A DNA stretch of 64,000 bases from an uncultured Gemmatimonadaceae bacterium (GTDB lineage: Bacteria > Gemmatimonadota > Gemmatimonadetes > Gemmatimonadales > Gemmatimonadaceae): the NCBI GenBank assembly GCA_963781585.1, contig CAWAGQ010000005.1, positions 32,001-96,000 of the forward strand, in the 5' to 3' direction. Below are positions 9,285 through 20,227 of this stretch, piece after piece; position 1 is the stretch's first letter, and each line of letters opens with the position of its first letter. Position numbers and translations under genes: made by a program. Under the pieces are notes generated by a model, which was given only the letters and a program-made list of their open reading frames with translations, was not told the origin of the DNA and did no database searches.

Positions 9285-10802
9285 TTGATTCCTACCTCGA
9301 GAACCCGCGTGCCCTTTCCCGAATACTCCTCGTACGATGCGACCGGTCTCGCCGAGCTGGTGCGCGCAGGACGTGTGGCTCCCCGTGAGCTCGTCGCCGC
9401 GGCCATCGAGCACATCGACGCCCTCAACCCCGCGTTGAACGCGGTCATCCATAAGATGTACGACCGCGCGCTCGCCGACGCCGATGGCGATCTGCCCGAC
9501 GGGCCGTTCCGCGGTGTTCCAATGCTGCTGAAGGACCTCACCTCCCTCTATGGCGGGGAGCCCCTCACCAGCGGCAGCCGTCTGTTTCGGAACTGGATCG
9601 CCCCGCACGACAGCGAAATCGTCAGGCGGTTCAAGCGTGCGGGGCTGATCGTGGTCGGCAAGACCAACGCGCCGGAATTCGGCCTCGTGCCGTACACCGA
9701 ACCCGAGCTGTTCGGGCCGACGCGGAATCCGTGGGACACCGCGCGGACGGTGGGCGGGTCATCCGGCGGATCGGCCGCTGCCGTCGCGAGCGGGATGGTG
9801 CCGGTGGCCGGCGGAGGCGATGGCGGCGGATCGATTCGCATCCCCGCGTCGTGCTGCGGAGTGTTCGGCCTCAAGCCGACGCGTGGCCGAAACCCCACCG
9901 GGCCGGACCAGGGGGAACTGTGGCGCGGCGCCGCGGTGGAGCACGTCCTCGCCCGCACGGTGCGCGACAGTGCCGCCATGCTCGACGTCCTGTCGGGGCC
10001 CGACGCCGGCGCCCCGTACTTCGCGGCTCCGCCGGACCGTCCGTTCGCGCAGGAGGTGGGCGCCCCTCCCGGGCGCCTCCGCATCGCCTTCACCACCCAT
10101 CCCTTTCTCGGGCACAACGTCCACGACGACTGCAAGCGGGCTGTCGCTGACGCCGTCCACATGCTGCAGTCGTTAGGCCACGAACTGGTCGAATCAGCAC
10201 CGGTGGTGAGCCGGGAGGAGTTCAACCTGGCGTTCCTCACGCTGATCTGCGGCGAAGTGCGCGCCGAATTCTCCGATGCACGCGTGGCGCTCGGCCGCCC
10301 GGTGCATCGCAGCGACGTCGAAGCCCCCACCTGGGCGCTGGGCCTCCTCGGCAAGCAGATCACCAGCGGCGACTACGCTTCGGCGCTCCGCTATCTGCAG
10401 CGCACCGGCCGCCGCATCGGCGAGTTCTTCGAGCGCGTGCACGTGCTGCTCACACCGACCGTGGCCACGCCGCCCTTCCGCCACGGCGCCCTGCAACCCC
10501 CGGCCAGCGAACTCGCCATCATGAAGACGCTCGGTGCGATGCACGCCGGGGTGGTGCTGCGCCTGATGGGCGCGCTCAAGCGGGCGGCCGATACGATCTT
10601 CGACTGGATTCCCTGGCCTCCGCTCGCCAACATCACCGGCCAGCCGGCCATGTCGCTGCCGCTCTCGTGGAATGCCGACGGTCTCCCGATCGGCGTACAC
10701 TTCATGGGACGCTACGGCGACGAGGCGACGCTGCTGCGCCTAGCGGCTCAGCTCGAAGCGGCGGTGCCGTGGAGAGACCGCCATCCGCCGGTGTGGTCGT
10801 AG
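9285..10802 (+). CDS. Amidase signature family protein
   Basis: LLKDL, GGSSGGS and [11 protein letters not shown] motifs; true start may be GTG 9309. Confidence 0.92.
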   Translation: MIPTSRTRVPFPEYSSYDATGLAELVRAGRVAPRELVAAAIEHIDALNPALNAVIHKMYDRALADADGDLPDGPFRGVPMLLKDLTSLYGGEPLTSGSRLFRNWIAPHDSEIVRRFKRAGLIVVGKTNAPEFGLVPYTEPELFGPTRNPWDTARTVGGSSGGSAAAVASGMVPVAGGGDGGGSIRIPASCCGVFGLKPTRGRNPTGPDQGELWRGAAVEHVLARTVRDSAAMLDVLSGPDAGAPYFAAPPDRPFAQEVGAPPGRLRIAFTTHPFLGHNVHDDCKRAVADAVHMLQSLGHELVESAPVVSREEFNLAFLTLICGEVRAEFSDARVALGRPVHRSDVEAPTWALGLLGKQITSGDYASALRYLQRTGRRIGEFFERVHVLLTPTVATPPFRHGALQPPASELAIMKTLGAMHAGVVLRLMGALKRAADTIFDWIPWPPLANITGQPAMSLPLSWNADGLPIGVHFMGRYGDEATLLRLAAQLEAAVPWRDRHPPVWS

Positions 10803-10835
10803 GGTCGACCATCCGAATCGAACGAGGCTCCCCCA

Positions 10836-11324
10836 GTGCATCCCTTGAGTACGTCGATCGGTCTGGGCGACATCGTGCTGCGGCTTGGCGCGGCGATGCT
10901 GATCGGTGCGGTGCTCGGTATCAATCGCGAGCTGCACGAGAAGCCCGCCGGCCTCAAGACGATGACGCTCGTCTCACTCAGCTCGGCCCTGCTCACCATG
11001 GTCAGCATCTCATTCGCCACCATGACCGGTGTGGTCGAGGGGACGGCCGTGGCGCGTGTCGTTCAGGGCGTGTTGACGGGGATCGGGTTTCTCGGCGCCG
11101 GGGTGATTCTGCGCGGTGAAACGGTGCGCAACATCGCCGGGCTGACGACGGCGGCGCTGATCTGGCTCGCGGCCGCGCTCGGCATTGCCTGCGGCGCAGG
11201 TCAGTGGGAGCTCACACTCTCGGCGCTCGTGGCGATACTGATCGTACTGCTGATGGGGGGACCGCTGGAGCGCGCGCTGCATCGCCGCTGGCACGGCGAC
11301 GTGGACGGCGCCGACGACCGATGA
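10836..11324 (+). CDS. MgtC/SapB family membrane protein
   Basis: KPAGLKT, TGIGFLGAG and GLTTAA motifs. Confidence 0.9.
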   Translation: MHPLSTSIGLGDIVLRLGAAMLIGAVLGINRELHEKPAGLKTMTLVSLSSALLTMVSISFATMTGVVEGTAVARVVQGVLTGIGFLGAGVILRGETVRNIAGLTTAALIWLAAALGIACGAGQWELTLSALVAILIVLLMGGPLERALHRRWHGDVDGADDR

Positions 11325-11335
11325 GGGCGTGCCCG

Positions 11336-11360
11336 AAAATGGGGTCAGACTCGAATTTTC
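11336..11360 (+). repeat. Single copy of the GGGGTCAGACTCGAATT repeat
   Basis: Same motif as 408-651; between convergent genes. Confidence 0.8.
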
Positions 11361-11418
11361 TCCGCAGCAGGTGCGGCGATCGCGGCAGCACGGGTCGGCG
11401 ATGCGCCGGTCGCCGACT

Positions 11419-13818
11419 CTAGTCCTGGCGCAGCGACTGCACCGGGTCCACGCGACTGGCGCGCTGCGCGGGCCTGAGGCTGGCGGCTGTGCTCACCACC
11501 ACCAGGATGGTGATCGCGGCGACGAGCGACACCGAATCGCTCGGGGAGACGCCGGCCAGCAGTGGGGTGAGCGTGCCGGCGAGCCAGACCGCCGCCACCC
11601 CGCCGGCCACCAGCGCCACCGCCGTGGTCCGCAGGTTGGTGCGGAGCACCTCGCGCAGAATCATCGACGGCGTGGCGCCTAACGCCATTCGGACACCGAA
11701 CTCGCGGGTGCGCTGGGCGACCGTGTAGCTCTGGAGCCCATAGACGCCGATGATCGCCAGCACCAGCGCCAGTCCGGAAAAGATGCCGATCACCGCCGCA
11801 TTGAACCGCGGCCGGACGAGCTGACGCTGCGCGCGGGCAGCGAGCGTGGCGAACGAGGAGACCTGCAGATCCGGATCGAGGGTTGCGAGAAATGCACCGA
11901 CCTCGCGGGCAATCGCCGCCGGGTTGGCGGTGCGGATGATCAGGTACGTCGCCCACCGCGGTCGTTGCCGGTTGGACCAGTAGATCTGCGGCTCGACGGG
12001 TGCATTCGGGTTGGCGGCGGGGACGTCCTTCACCACGCCCACGATTGCGAACGTCGCACTGTCGTCAGGCAGCCGCAGGCGGCGGCCCACCGGGTCGGCG
12101 TTCGGCCAGAATCGGGCCGCAAGCCGTTCGTTGATCACCGCGACCAGCGGTCCACCCGCCACGTCGGTGGCCGCGATATCCCGGCCGCGCACCACCGGCA
12201 CACCGAGGGTGGCGAAGTAGCCGGGGCCCACGTCGAACCAGCGCACGGTGCCGCGCACCTGCTCGGCGGGTTGGGCACCATCGGCAATCGCCAGGTCGGT
12301 TTCGGTGCCGCCGAAGAGCGGACCGGCGGACGCTTCTCCGGCCGCCTCCACTCCCGGCAGCGTGGCGACGCCATCACGCGCGCGCGCGAACAACTGCGCC
12401 ACATCGGCCGACGTCGGATACTTGCTCTGCGACGCCAGCAGCCAGGTCGTGGTCACACGGTCGAGGGGAATGCCCGGCGACCATCCGCCGAGCGTCGCCA
12501 GGGAACGGATCAGCAGGCCGGCCCCGGTCACCAGCACGACCGCGAGTGCGATCTCGAGCGCCACCAGCAATCGGCCGAGCGGGGTGCCCCGCATCGACGA
12601 CGTCCGAACGCCGTCGCCGAGCTGCGACCGGACGTCGGCGCGTCCGCTGCGAATGGCCGGGAGCACGCCGACCAGCAGTCCGGTCAGCAGCGACAGCCCG
12701 ATCACGAACACGGTCACGCGGGCGTCGACGTGCACGGCGTCGAGTCGGGGAATGTCGCGCGGCGCCAGCGCCACGAAGAGGCGGCTCAGCCACGTGCCGG
12801 CCAACAGTCCCAGGGCGCCGCCCACCACGGCGATGACCAGGCTCTCCACCAGCACGCCACGCGCCAGCGCCCATCGCGGGGCGCCGAGGGCCGCACGGAG
12901 GGCGTACTCGCGCGCGCGGGTGGCGTTTCGCGCGAGGTAGAGGTTCGCGAGATTTGCGCAGCCGATGAGCAGCACGAAGGTCACGGCGCCGAGGAAGGTG
13001 AGCAGTGTGCCGCGAGCGGATCCGATGATCAGGTCCTGCACCGGGCGTACTTCGATCCCCCAGTCGGGCTTGTCGGCAAAGTGGGTGGTCTGCAATCCAC
13101 CGGCGAGTCGGGAGACATCGCGACGCGCGTCGTCGATGGTCGCGGACGATTTCAGCCGCGCAAACGCCCGGAATCCACGCCACGTGCGGTTCTCTTCGCT
13201 GCTCGGCGAGAACGGAATTGGCAGCCAGGCGTCGATGTCTTCCATGGTCGGGATGCGCACATCGGGGTCGAGGACCCCGACGATGGTGCGTGTCTCGTCG
13301 TTGAGGATCACGGGGTGCTCGAGCACGTCGGCGCGCCCGCCGAGCTGCTCCTGCCAGAAGCGGTGGCTGACGAGAGCCACCTTTGCGCCGGCGCCGATCT
13401 CGTCCGGCGCGAACGCGCGGCCGCGTTCCAGCCGCACGCCGAGCAGTGTGAACAGCGCCGGCGACGCGAGTCCGCCGGTTACGCTCACGGCGCCGTCGGG
13501 TCCACGCATCACCACCGGCCAGTCGCGGCCGAGTCCCACCGCTGCCAGCGTGCTGCTCTCCCTGCCGAGGTCGGCCGCGTTAGGCGGCGACGTCACGCAG
13601 AACGAATCGCGTTCCTTTTCCGGGAACTCGCACAGCGCGACCAGCTGTGACGGTCTGGGGAAGGGCAGCGGCCGCAGCAGGATGCCGTTGACGACGTTGA
13701 ACACGCCGGCGTTGGCGCCGATGATGAGCGCGACGGTAGCGACTGCGGCGAGAGAGAAGGCGCGATGACGGGCGAGGCCTCGCCAGGCGGCGCGAAAGTC
13801 GGCACGAATGGAAGTCAC
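11419..13818 (-). CDS. ADOP-type duplicated ABC permease (MacB/FtsX x2)
   Basis: LLIGCANLANL, REYALRAALGA and REFGVRMALGA motifs; GTG start inferred. Confidence 0.9.
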   Translation of the reverse strand: MTSIRADFRAAWRGLARHRAFSLAAVATVALIIGANAGVFNVVNGILLRPLPFPRPSQLVALCEFPEKERDSFCVTSPPNAADLGRESSTLAAVGLGRDWPVVMRGPDGAVSVTGGLASPALFTLLGVRLERGRAFAPDEIGAGAKVALVSHRFWQEQLGGRADVLEHPVILNDETRTIVGVLDPDVRIPTMEDIDAWLPIPFSPSSEENRTWRGFRAFARLKSSATIDDARRDVSRLAGGLQTTHFADKPDWGIEVRPVQDLIIGSARGTLLTFLGAVTFVLLIGCANLANLYLARNATRAREYALRAALGAPRWALARGVLVESLVIAVVGGALGLLAGTWLSRLFVALAPRDIPRLDAVHVDARVTVFVIGLSLLTGLLVGVLPAIRSGRADVRSQLGDGVRTSSMRGTPLGRLLVALEIALAVVLVTGAGLLIRSLATLGGWSPGIPLDRVTTTWLLASQSKYPTSADVAQLFARARDGVATLPGVEAAGEASAGPLFGGTETDLAIADGAQPAEQVRGTVRWFDVGPGYFATLGVPVVRGRDIAATDVAGGPLVAVINERLAARFWPNADPVGRRLRLPDDSATFAIVGVVKDVPAANPNAPVEPQIYWSNRQRPRWATYLIIRTANPAAIAREVGAFLATLDPDLQVSSFATLAARAQRQLVRPRFNAAVIGIFSGLALVLAIIGVYGLQSYTVAQRTREFGVRMALGATPSMILREVLRTNLRTTAVALVAGGVAAVWLAGTLTPLLAGVSPSDSVSLVAAITILVVVSTAASLRPAQRASRVDPVQSLRQD

Positions 13819-14109
13819 GACGAACTCGGCGTTCGGTCCTTCGGTGGTACGACTATGGAGGCAACCGCGCGGGACACAGGACCTTTCGGAATGCTCCGGC
13901 CGGCCGCCGGTCCCGGTATCGGGTTTCTCCTGACGTGTGATCGTCGGGATGCCCACACGGGTGGCGCCGATCTCGGTCCGTGCGGTGAAACGCGCGTTTC
14001 GTCACCACGGAGGTCGCCGAGAAGCCAAGCCGAAGCCTGATTCCGCCGTCGAAAGTGCGCTGCGGCTTCCGCGGTTCAAATCACTTCCTTACCGCAGAGA
14101 GCACGGAGG

Positions 14110-15318
14110 TCACGGAGAGCGGCGCCTCACGTGAATCAGCACCGTGCCGCTGTCTGCCGTGCGGACACGCAGAACACCGTGCGTCCCGGCGGGCCCCGCA
14201 TCGGTCCACATCACCACCCGCTGCCCCTCGACTTCCGTGGTCGGCTGCGAGCCGCCGATTGCCGCCCTCGGCACCAGCAGCGCGAGTGATGCCAGCGCGG
14301 CGAGCCACGACGCGTGCACCGCGGGACTCCGAACCGGAGACCCGGGCTGCACCGGCGTCGTCAGGCGCCGTACCCGGACCAGCAACGATGAACGCGGATG
14401 CTCCAGCATCGCCGGGACCGTCACGCCCACACCTGCCACCGTCCATTCCGCCACGTGCGCCAGGCACCGCGCAAGCGTCACCGGTCGCGACGTGAGCGCC
14501 ACCGCCCATTCGTCGGCCGCGAGCTCCGTGGTATCGAGCATGCGCCGGCGCGCCAGACGATTCAGCGGCTGAAAGAAGAACACGACCTCCACCATCCGCA
14601 CCAGAACCAGCCAGGCACCGTCGCGCCGTACGAGATGAGCCAGTTCGTGCGCGAGGATGCTCTCCAGATGCACCAGATCGAACTCGGTGAGGGCCCTCTG
14701 CGGCAGGTAGATCTCGCTCGCTCCAACCGCGACGGGACTGGGCAGGTTGCGCACCACCACCGCGTGCACCCGGCGATCGATCCCGGCACGCCGGCAGAGA
14801 TCGCGCAGTGCCGCCGACACGATCGTGTGCTCACCCGGCACCGGCGAGGCCAGGGCACGCGCCAGGCGACGCCTCGCCAGCGCGAACAACCCGAGACCAA
14901 GCGCCACGCCCCCCACCCAGCATGGCACCACCCACAACGGCCACCCCGGCGTGATCGTGACGTGCGCGACCATGTTGCGCGGTGAGGGTGCGCCCGCGCC
15001 CGATTCGGCGTCGACCATCAGGCGAACGGCGGCGCTCGCGTCGCGCATCACCGGAACCGTACCGGACAGCGGGGCCAGCACGCCGGCGGCCTGGAGGGTC
15101 GCGGTCGCGACGCCGCCAAGCAGCGCCACCCGCCACAGGGTCGCCAGTCGCGCCGCGCCGAGCCGGCCGCCTAACGCTGATCGGGAAACCGCCCACACGC
15201 CACCGATCAGCAGCGTGCTCTGGACCAGATAGGTCGCCAGCCACCCCGTCACCCACGCCGATCCGCGCAGAGTCGCCGGCGCGAACCGGAGCAGCGTCTC
15301 AGCGAAGACCGGGGGCAT
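14110..15318 (-). CDS. M56 family metallopeptidase (BlaR1-like)
   Basis: LAHELAHLVRRD, FFFQPL and ELAADE motifs; start overlaps the upstream BlaI stop. Confidence 0.88.
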   Translation of the reverse strand: MPPVFAETLLRFAPATLRGSAWVTGWLATYLVQSTLLIGGVWAVSRSALGGRLGAARLATLWRVALLGGVATATLQAAGVLAPLSGTVPVMRDASAAVRLMVDAESGAGAPSPRNMVAHVTITPGWPLWVVPCWVGGVALGLGLFALARRRLARALASPVPGEHTIVSAALRDLCRRAGIDRRVHAVVVRNLPSPVAVGASEIYLPQRALTEFDLVHLESILAHELAHLVRRDGAWLVLVRMVEVVFFFQPLNRLARRRMLDTTELAADEWAVALTSRPVTLARCLAHVAEWTVAGVGVTVPAMLEHPRSSLLVRVRRLTTPVQPGSPVRSPAVHASWLAALASLALLVPRAAIGGSQPTTEVEGQRVVMWTDAGPAGTHGVLRVRTADSGTVLIHVRRRSP

Positions 15319-15697
15319 CAGCGGTACGCTCGGCGTGCGCGATGAGCCTCTTGACCTCGTCGAGATCCCGCGTGGCGATCTCGCGATCGGCCAGCAGATG
15401 GCTGATGAGAGCCGCCGGGCTCCCATCGAAGAGCAGCGTCGTGAGCTCCGCCACCATCGAGCGCCGCACCTGCGGCTCCGTGACCCTCGCCCGATAGATG
15501 AACTGCCGCCCTTCCGGGCGATGGCTCACCAGCTCGCGCTTCTCCAGGCGGCTCAGAATGGTCGCGACGGTGGTCAGCGCCAGGCGGCGCCCGGGCAGGA
15601 GCGACTCCTGCACCTCCAGCACCGTGCACTCGCCACGCTCCCAGAGAGTGCGCACCACGGCGAGTTGAAGGTCGGTGAGATGGACTTCGGTGGGCAT
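15299..15697 (-). CDS. BlaI/MecI/CopY family transcriptional regulator
   Basis: LTDLQLAVVRTLW, TTVATILSRLEKR and LFDGS motifs. Confidence 0.92.
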   Translation of the reverse strand: MPTEVHLTDLQLAVVRTLWERGECTVLEVQESLLPGRRLALTTVATILSRLEKRELVSHRPEGRQFIYRARVTEPQVRRSMVAELTTLLFDGSPAALISHLLADREIATRDLDEVKRLIAHAERTADAPGLR

Positions 15698-15784
15698 GCG
15701 ATGCTCTTCAGCCGGGGACGGGATACATCGACGCGTGTCGTTTCATGAGACACGGCCCACCGGCCCACGGTTTACGCCCCCGGT

Positions 15785-15809
15785 GGCCGCGGGCTCACCA
15801 CCCGCGGCC
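15785..15809. terminator. GC-rich hairpin after the M14 gene
   Basis: GGCCGCGGG-7nt-CCCGCGGCC; no clear U-tract. Confidence 0.35.
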
Positions 15810-15814
15810 GGCCC

Positions 15815-18598
15815 TCACCGCACCGCCCCCGCGAACACCGCGTTGAACAGCAGCTTGAACGTGGCGTGCGGCTGCGCGCGCTGCAGAATCTCCGGCCCAT
15901 ACAGCACCACCCGTCCCTTCCCGAGCGGTGCGTCGATCGCCACCACCCCGTTGTCGAGATACTGCTGTCCCCACGACCACCCGCTGTGGAGCGGCGCCGC
16001 GGTGTCGAACCATCCGACCCGCTTCACGCCTGACGACGACGCGTCGGGCGCGAGGTCGAACACGGGACTGTTGTCGAAGAACACGTCGGTGTGCTCGGCC
16101 ATCCCCCAGGTGAGCGGACTCGAGGTGTCGAACCGCGCGGTGAGCACCGATCCGGGGGTGTAGAACTTCGTCTGCGGGAGCGGGCGGCCGTCCTCCACGA
16201 GATGATTGCGCACCGGGAGGTTGAGCTGCGCGGCGAGGTTGGCCGCCGAACTGCCGATGGCGATGATGGTGCCCCCGTTCTCCACGAACGCCCGGAGCTG
16301 CGGAATGGTCTTCGCCGCGGTCACGCTCCCCAGTTGCGCCCGGTACTCTTCCGGGATGTCCGCCGCGTTAGGCGCTCCGCCGCCCCGGCCGCCTCGGCCG
16401 CCGGCCGTCCCCGGGATCGCACCGCCCACGAAGATCAGGACGTCGTACCGCTCGTTCAGCCTGCCGGCGTCCAGCGCGGGCGCAAACACCCGCTCGAACG
16501 GAAACTCGTACTGCTCCAGGATCCACCGCGCCCACCCCGCGTCGATCGATCCGCCGTACTGATCCCACAGCCCGATGCGCGGCGCGCGCAGCTTCGCCAC
16601 GTCCTTCGTCTGCGGCATCCCCGCGCCGTCGAAGCTCACCCCGAGCTCGAGTGCGTCGAGTTCCACCTCGCGGCGCGTGGATCCCCGCGACCGCACGAAG
16701 AACGTGCCCGCGGGATACACGGTGCCCTTCACCGTCACCGGCGCGCGCAGTGCGTACACGTCCTGACCCGCCTTGAGCAGCCGATTCACCGCGATCACCG
16801 CGTTGTTGACCTTGCGGCTGATGAAGAAGCCCGCGGCGCCCTGCGCGTTCGTCACGTGCCCCGACAACGGCTTGATGTTCCACCCGGTGAGCTGCTCGCA
16901 CGGGCAGGTGAACGCGTCCAGGATCCGGTCGAGCTGCACACCCATCTGGAACGCGAGCGTCCACCCGGCGTTGTCGTAAGGCGGGGTGGGCGGACCGCCG
17001 GGGATGGGGAACACGTCCGGGTGCACCTGCGGTTCGAACATGTCCATCACGTGTGGCCGAAACGCCTGCGCGGTCATCACCACGAACGAACCGGCGGGAT
17101 ACCGTTTCCCGTTCACCGCGAAATCGCGTGTGGCCCGTTGCACCGCAATCCCGGTCTCACGCAGCGCGTCGATGAACTTCGTGGCCGTGGCGAAGTCCGG
17201 CTGGTCGGCCGGGAGGATGTACCCGCGCGGGTCGCGCAGCTCCAGCTTGTGCAGTTCGGCCCAGAACGCCATGTCGCTTTCAGCGGTGCCGCCGCCGCGG
17301 CCTCCCCCTCCCCCTCCCCCGCCGCCGCGCCCGCGGCCGCCCCCGGCCCCTGCCATCTCCGCGGCCACCGCCGCGTAGCGGCGCGGATTCGGCGTCCAGG
17401 TGTCGATACTGCCCCGTTCGATCGAGTGCTTCCCCATCGTATAGATGTTGAACAGCAGGTTCTCGCGCAGGCGCGAGGCGTAATCGAGGATCGCGCGGTC
17501 GGCGGAGATCGAATAGTCGATCGACTGGCGGAAGTGCCACTCCTGCGGCGGCACCGGAAACATCTGGTCGGCCGTCGGGAGCTGCCGCTGCATGACCAGC
17601 GGGATCCGCATCGGCGTGGGGCTCCCCACCATCTCGGTGAGGATGGCGATGACGTTGTGGAAGGCGGCGGTGTTGCGGATGCCGCCGTTCCACCAGCCGT
17701 CGTACGGTCCGCCCGACCGCATGGTGGCTCCGGGCTTCCCTTCCACCGCCATTCGCGTGTGGAGCCACGCGCCTAACGTCTGGAAGCCGAGTACCAGGAT
17801 CGGGTCGAGATTGTAATTGTTGGGGTCGCGGAACGGCGGCGAGTAGAAGATCGTCCCGGCGGGGCCGCTCTGGTGATGGTTGTAGAGAATCTGCGGAAAC
17901 CACTGGTGATACAGCACGCGATTGATGTTCTCGGTCTCCGCCTGGGTGGACATGAAGAAATCGCGATTGTTGTCGTGGCCGATGTACTTCTGGTACAGCA
18001 CCGGCAGGCCCGACATGCTGCGCTGCTCGGGGACCGGGTTGCGCATGTACCAGTTGGCCACCAGATCGTTGCCGTCGGGGTTGGCGTGGACGAAGAGGAT
18101 GATGCAGTCGTTCAGGAAGCGGAGCGTCTCCTCGTCGGTGCGGCTCACCATCTGGTAGACCATCTCGGCGAGCTGCTGCGCGCCCAGCACCTCGGTGGCG
18201 TGCAACCCGCCGTCGATCCAGACCACCGCCTTCCCTTCCTTCGCCAGCGCGCGCGCGTCGTCGTCGGAGAGGCCTTCGGCGAGCGCCAGCCGGCGCGAGA
18301 TCTCCTGGTAGCGCGCGAGCCGCCGCTGGTTCTCCGGCGACGTGACGATGGCCATGAGTTGCGTACGCCCTTCGGCCGTGCGACCGATGTCCTGCACCAC
18401 CAGCCGGTCGGACTCGTCGTCGAGCTTGTGCCAGTAGGCGGCGATCTGCTGGTAGTTCGCGAGCCAGTAGTCGTCGCCGAAGTCGTGCCCGAACTGCTCC
18501 TTCGGCGTGGTGATGTGCCCCTGCGCGCGGACGACTCCGGTCGGCGCGATGAACAGAAGCGCGAGCACGATCCCGACGGCGCTGCTCCTGGACCTCAT
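15815..18598 (-). CDS. Secreted M14 zinc carboxypeptidase family protein
   Basis: GLHATE, NPDG, GHDNNRD and HHQ motifs; signal peptide; Gly/Arg-rich inserts. Confidence 0.88.
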   Translation of the reverse strand: MRSRSSAVGIVLALLFIAPTGVVRAQGHITTPKEQFGHDFGDDYWLANYQQIAAYWHKLDDESDRLVVQDIGRTAEGRTQLMAIVTSPENQRRLARYQEISRRLALAEGLSDDDARALAKEGKAVVWIDGGLHATEVLGAQQLAEMVYQMVSRTDEETLRFLNDCIILFVHANPDGNDLVANWYMRNPVPEQRSMSGLPVLYQKYIGHDNNRDFFMSTQAETENINRVLYHQWFPQILYNHHQSGPAGTIFYSPPFRDPNNYNLDPILVLGFQTLGAWLHTRMAVEGKPGATMRSGGPYDGWWNGGIRNTAAFHNVIAILTEMVGSPTPMRIPLVMQRQLPTADQMFPVPPQEWHFRQSIDYSISADRAILDYASRLRENLLFNIYTMGKHSIERGSIDTWTPNPRRYAAVAAEMAGAGGGRGRGGGGGGGGGRGGGTAESDMAFWAELHKLELRDPRGYILPADQPDFATATKFIDALRETGIAVQRATRDFAVNGKRYPAGSFVVMTAQAFRPHVMDMFEPQVHPDVFPIPGGPPTPPYDNAGWTLAFQMGVQLDRILDAFTCPCEQLTGWNIKPLSGHVTNAQGAAGFFISRKVNNAVIAVNRLLKAGQDVYALRAPVTVKGTVYPAGTFFVRSRGSTRREVELDALELGVSFDGAGMPQTKDVAKLRAPRIGLWDQYGGSIDAGWARWILEQYEFPFERVFAPALDAGRLNERYDVLIFVGGAIPGTAGGRGGRGGGAPNAADIPEEYRAQLGSVTAAKTIPQLRAFVENGGTIIAIGSSAANLAAQLNLPVRNHLVEDGRPLPQTKFYTPGSVLTARFDTSSPLTWGMAEHTDVFFDNSPVFDLAPDASSSGVKRVGWFDTAAPLHSGWSWGQQYLDNGVVAIDAPLGKGRVVLYGPEILQRAQPHATFKLLFNAVFAGAVR

Positions 18599-18684
18599 GA
18601 CGATTCTCCCTGGTGAGCCGCGATGCGGTGAGAGATACGCCCGCGCGGTGCCCACCGGGAGGGGAGCCCGAATCTGATCCCGGC

Positions 18685-18846
18685 CTACTCGAAGTAGTCC
18701 CTGGCGATCCGCGCGCCGGCGTACATCCCCACGCCGGTCCCGATCATGCTGACGAAGAACGCGGTCATGACACCGACGAACGCGCCGAGCCACCAGCCGA
18801 CCCAGCCGAGCGCGGTCGCGCCGACGAACGCGAAGAGCTTCCTCAT
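18685..18846 (-). CDS. Small hydrophobic protein, 53 aa (not in the ORF track)
   Basis: MRKLFAFVGATALGWVGWWLGAFVGVMTAFFVSMIGTGVGMYAGARIARDYFE*; host-like codons; fills the gap between two same-strand genes. Confidence 0.7.
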   Translation of the reverse strand: MRKLFAFVGATALGWVGWWLGAFVGVMTAFFVSMIGTGVGMYAGARIARDYFE

Positions 18847-18883
18847 CGCGCGAAGTCCGCGGATTCGTCCCGCGTATCAGTCG

Positions 18884-20215
18884 TCATGCCACCAGTCCTC
18901 GCTCCGCGAAATCCTTGTAGAGGGCGTTCACCCTGATCGCCAGCTCGCGCTGCCGTGCACGGAGAGTCTGCACAAGTTCCCGCCGTGATCGCAGCAGCAC
19001 GAATCGCCGCATGTCGTTCCACGCCGACTGCCACCGCTCGCGGATGTACTGCGCCGAGATGCCGACCGTCGGAACGAGGATCAGGACCGCGAGGGCGGTC
19101 CACGCGCCGCCCACGAGCCAGGCCACCGTCACAAGGACGATCGTCCAGGCCAGATAGAACAGCGCCCCCACCAACAGCTTGAAGGTCGACCGGACGTCGT
19201 CGGGGACGCGCGCGCGCGCCGCGAGAAACCCGGTCAGCCGGTACGGCAGCCAGAAGATGGCGACGCCCGCCAGTGCGAGGGCGAGCGCCACCGGAATCGC
19301 CAGATGCAGTCGGCGCACCGCCCACAGCAGTCCGCGGGAGAGTCCCACGTCGGCCCCGAGATCTGCGGGCCGGAGCCCGAGGCGCGCGAGGCGTCGCCGG
19401 TGGGACTCGATCTCCCTGGCCAGTGCGAGCGCCGCGGCCTGCTCCGACCGCCGCACCTCGGCCAGGATGCGCGTGGTCACGTCCAGGCGTGCCAGCCGCT
19501 CCGCCGGATCGCGCCCCGCCTCGAACTCCAGCTCCCAGATCCGCTCGGCGAACTCCACCAGCGGGCGATCCTCCCACCGCTCGAGGTTGAGCGTGACCTG
19601 GCGCAGCGACTCGGCGATGCGATCGGTGAGCTCGCGCACCGCGTCGGTGTCGTCCACGCCACGAAGCGCCAGATCGTCCCAGGCCACCGGCCGCCCGGTG
19701 AAGACCAGCACTTCGGAACGAAAGACGTCCTTCTGTCGGAGGACCAGCCCCACCGGGATGATGGGGAACACCGCGCTCGTCAGGGGATATGCGCCTAACG
19801 CGATGCGCGCGGCGCCGGTCCGGAGGGGGACCAGCGACGGCTCACTGTGGCTCACGCCTTCGGGGAAGATCCCGACCGCGGCGCCCTCGGCGATCGCGGC
19901 GTACACCGCGCGGAAGGTGTCCTCGTTGCGCGCCATCTCGCCCGGGTTGTCCACCTTGCGATAGACCGGAATCGAACCCGCGCCCCGCACCAGCCAGCCC
20001 ACGGCGCGGTCGGAGAAGAGCGGCGCCTTGGCGAGGAACCGGACCGGCCGGTGCGCCGCAGCCACCACCAGCATCGGATCGAGCAGCGAGTTCGGATGAT
20101 TCGCGACCAGCAGCACCGGACCCGCGTGCGGGACGGGCTCGCCGGCGTAGCGCACTCTGTAATAGATGGCCGCCGCGATGCGGGCGACACGTGGGAACAA
20201 CGGGAGGAGCCACAT
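18884..20215 (-). CDS. Lysophospholipid acyltransferase family protein
   Basis: NHPNSLLD (HxxxxD) and FPEG motifs; C-terminal TM helices. Confidence 0.88.
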   Translation of the reverse strand: MWLLPLFPRVARIAAAIYYRVRYAGEPVPHAGPVLLVANHPNSLLDPMLVVAAAHRPVRFLAKAPLFSDRAVGWLVRGAGSIPVYRKVDNPGEMARNEDTFRAVYAAIAEGAAVGIFPEGVSHSEPSLVPLRTGAARIALGAYPLTSAVFPIIPVGLVLRQKDVFRSEVLVFTGRPVAWDDLALRGVDDTDAVRELTDRIAESLRQVTLNLERWEDRPLVEFAERIWELEFEAGRDPAERLARLDVTTRILAEVRRSEQAAALALAREIESHRRRLARLGLRPADLGADVGLSRGLLWAVRRLHLAIPVALALALAGVAIFWLPYRLTGFLAARARVPDDVRSTFKLLVGALFYLAWTIVLVTVAWLVGGAWTALAVLILVPTVGISAQYIRERWQSAWNDMRRFVLLRSRRELVQTLRARQRELAIRVNALYKDFAERGLVA

Positions 20216-20227
20216 CCTGCCCGGCGC

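Noticed and set aside
14091..14119. Short CGCAGAG/CACGGAG nonamer repeat at the M56 stop
   Set aside because: Only three degenerate units and a single occurrence.
15728..15741. Possible BlaI operator TCGACGCGTGTCGT
   Set aside because: Imperfect palindrome that deviates from the TACA-NN-TGTA consensus; too weak to call.
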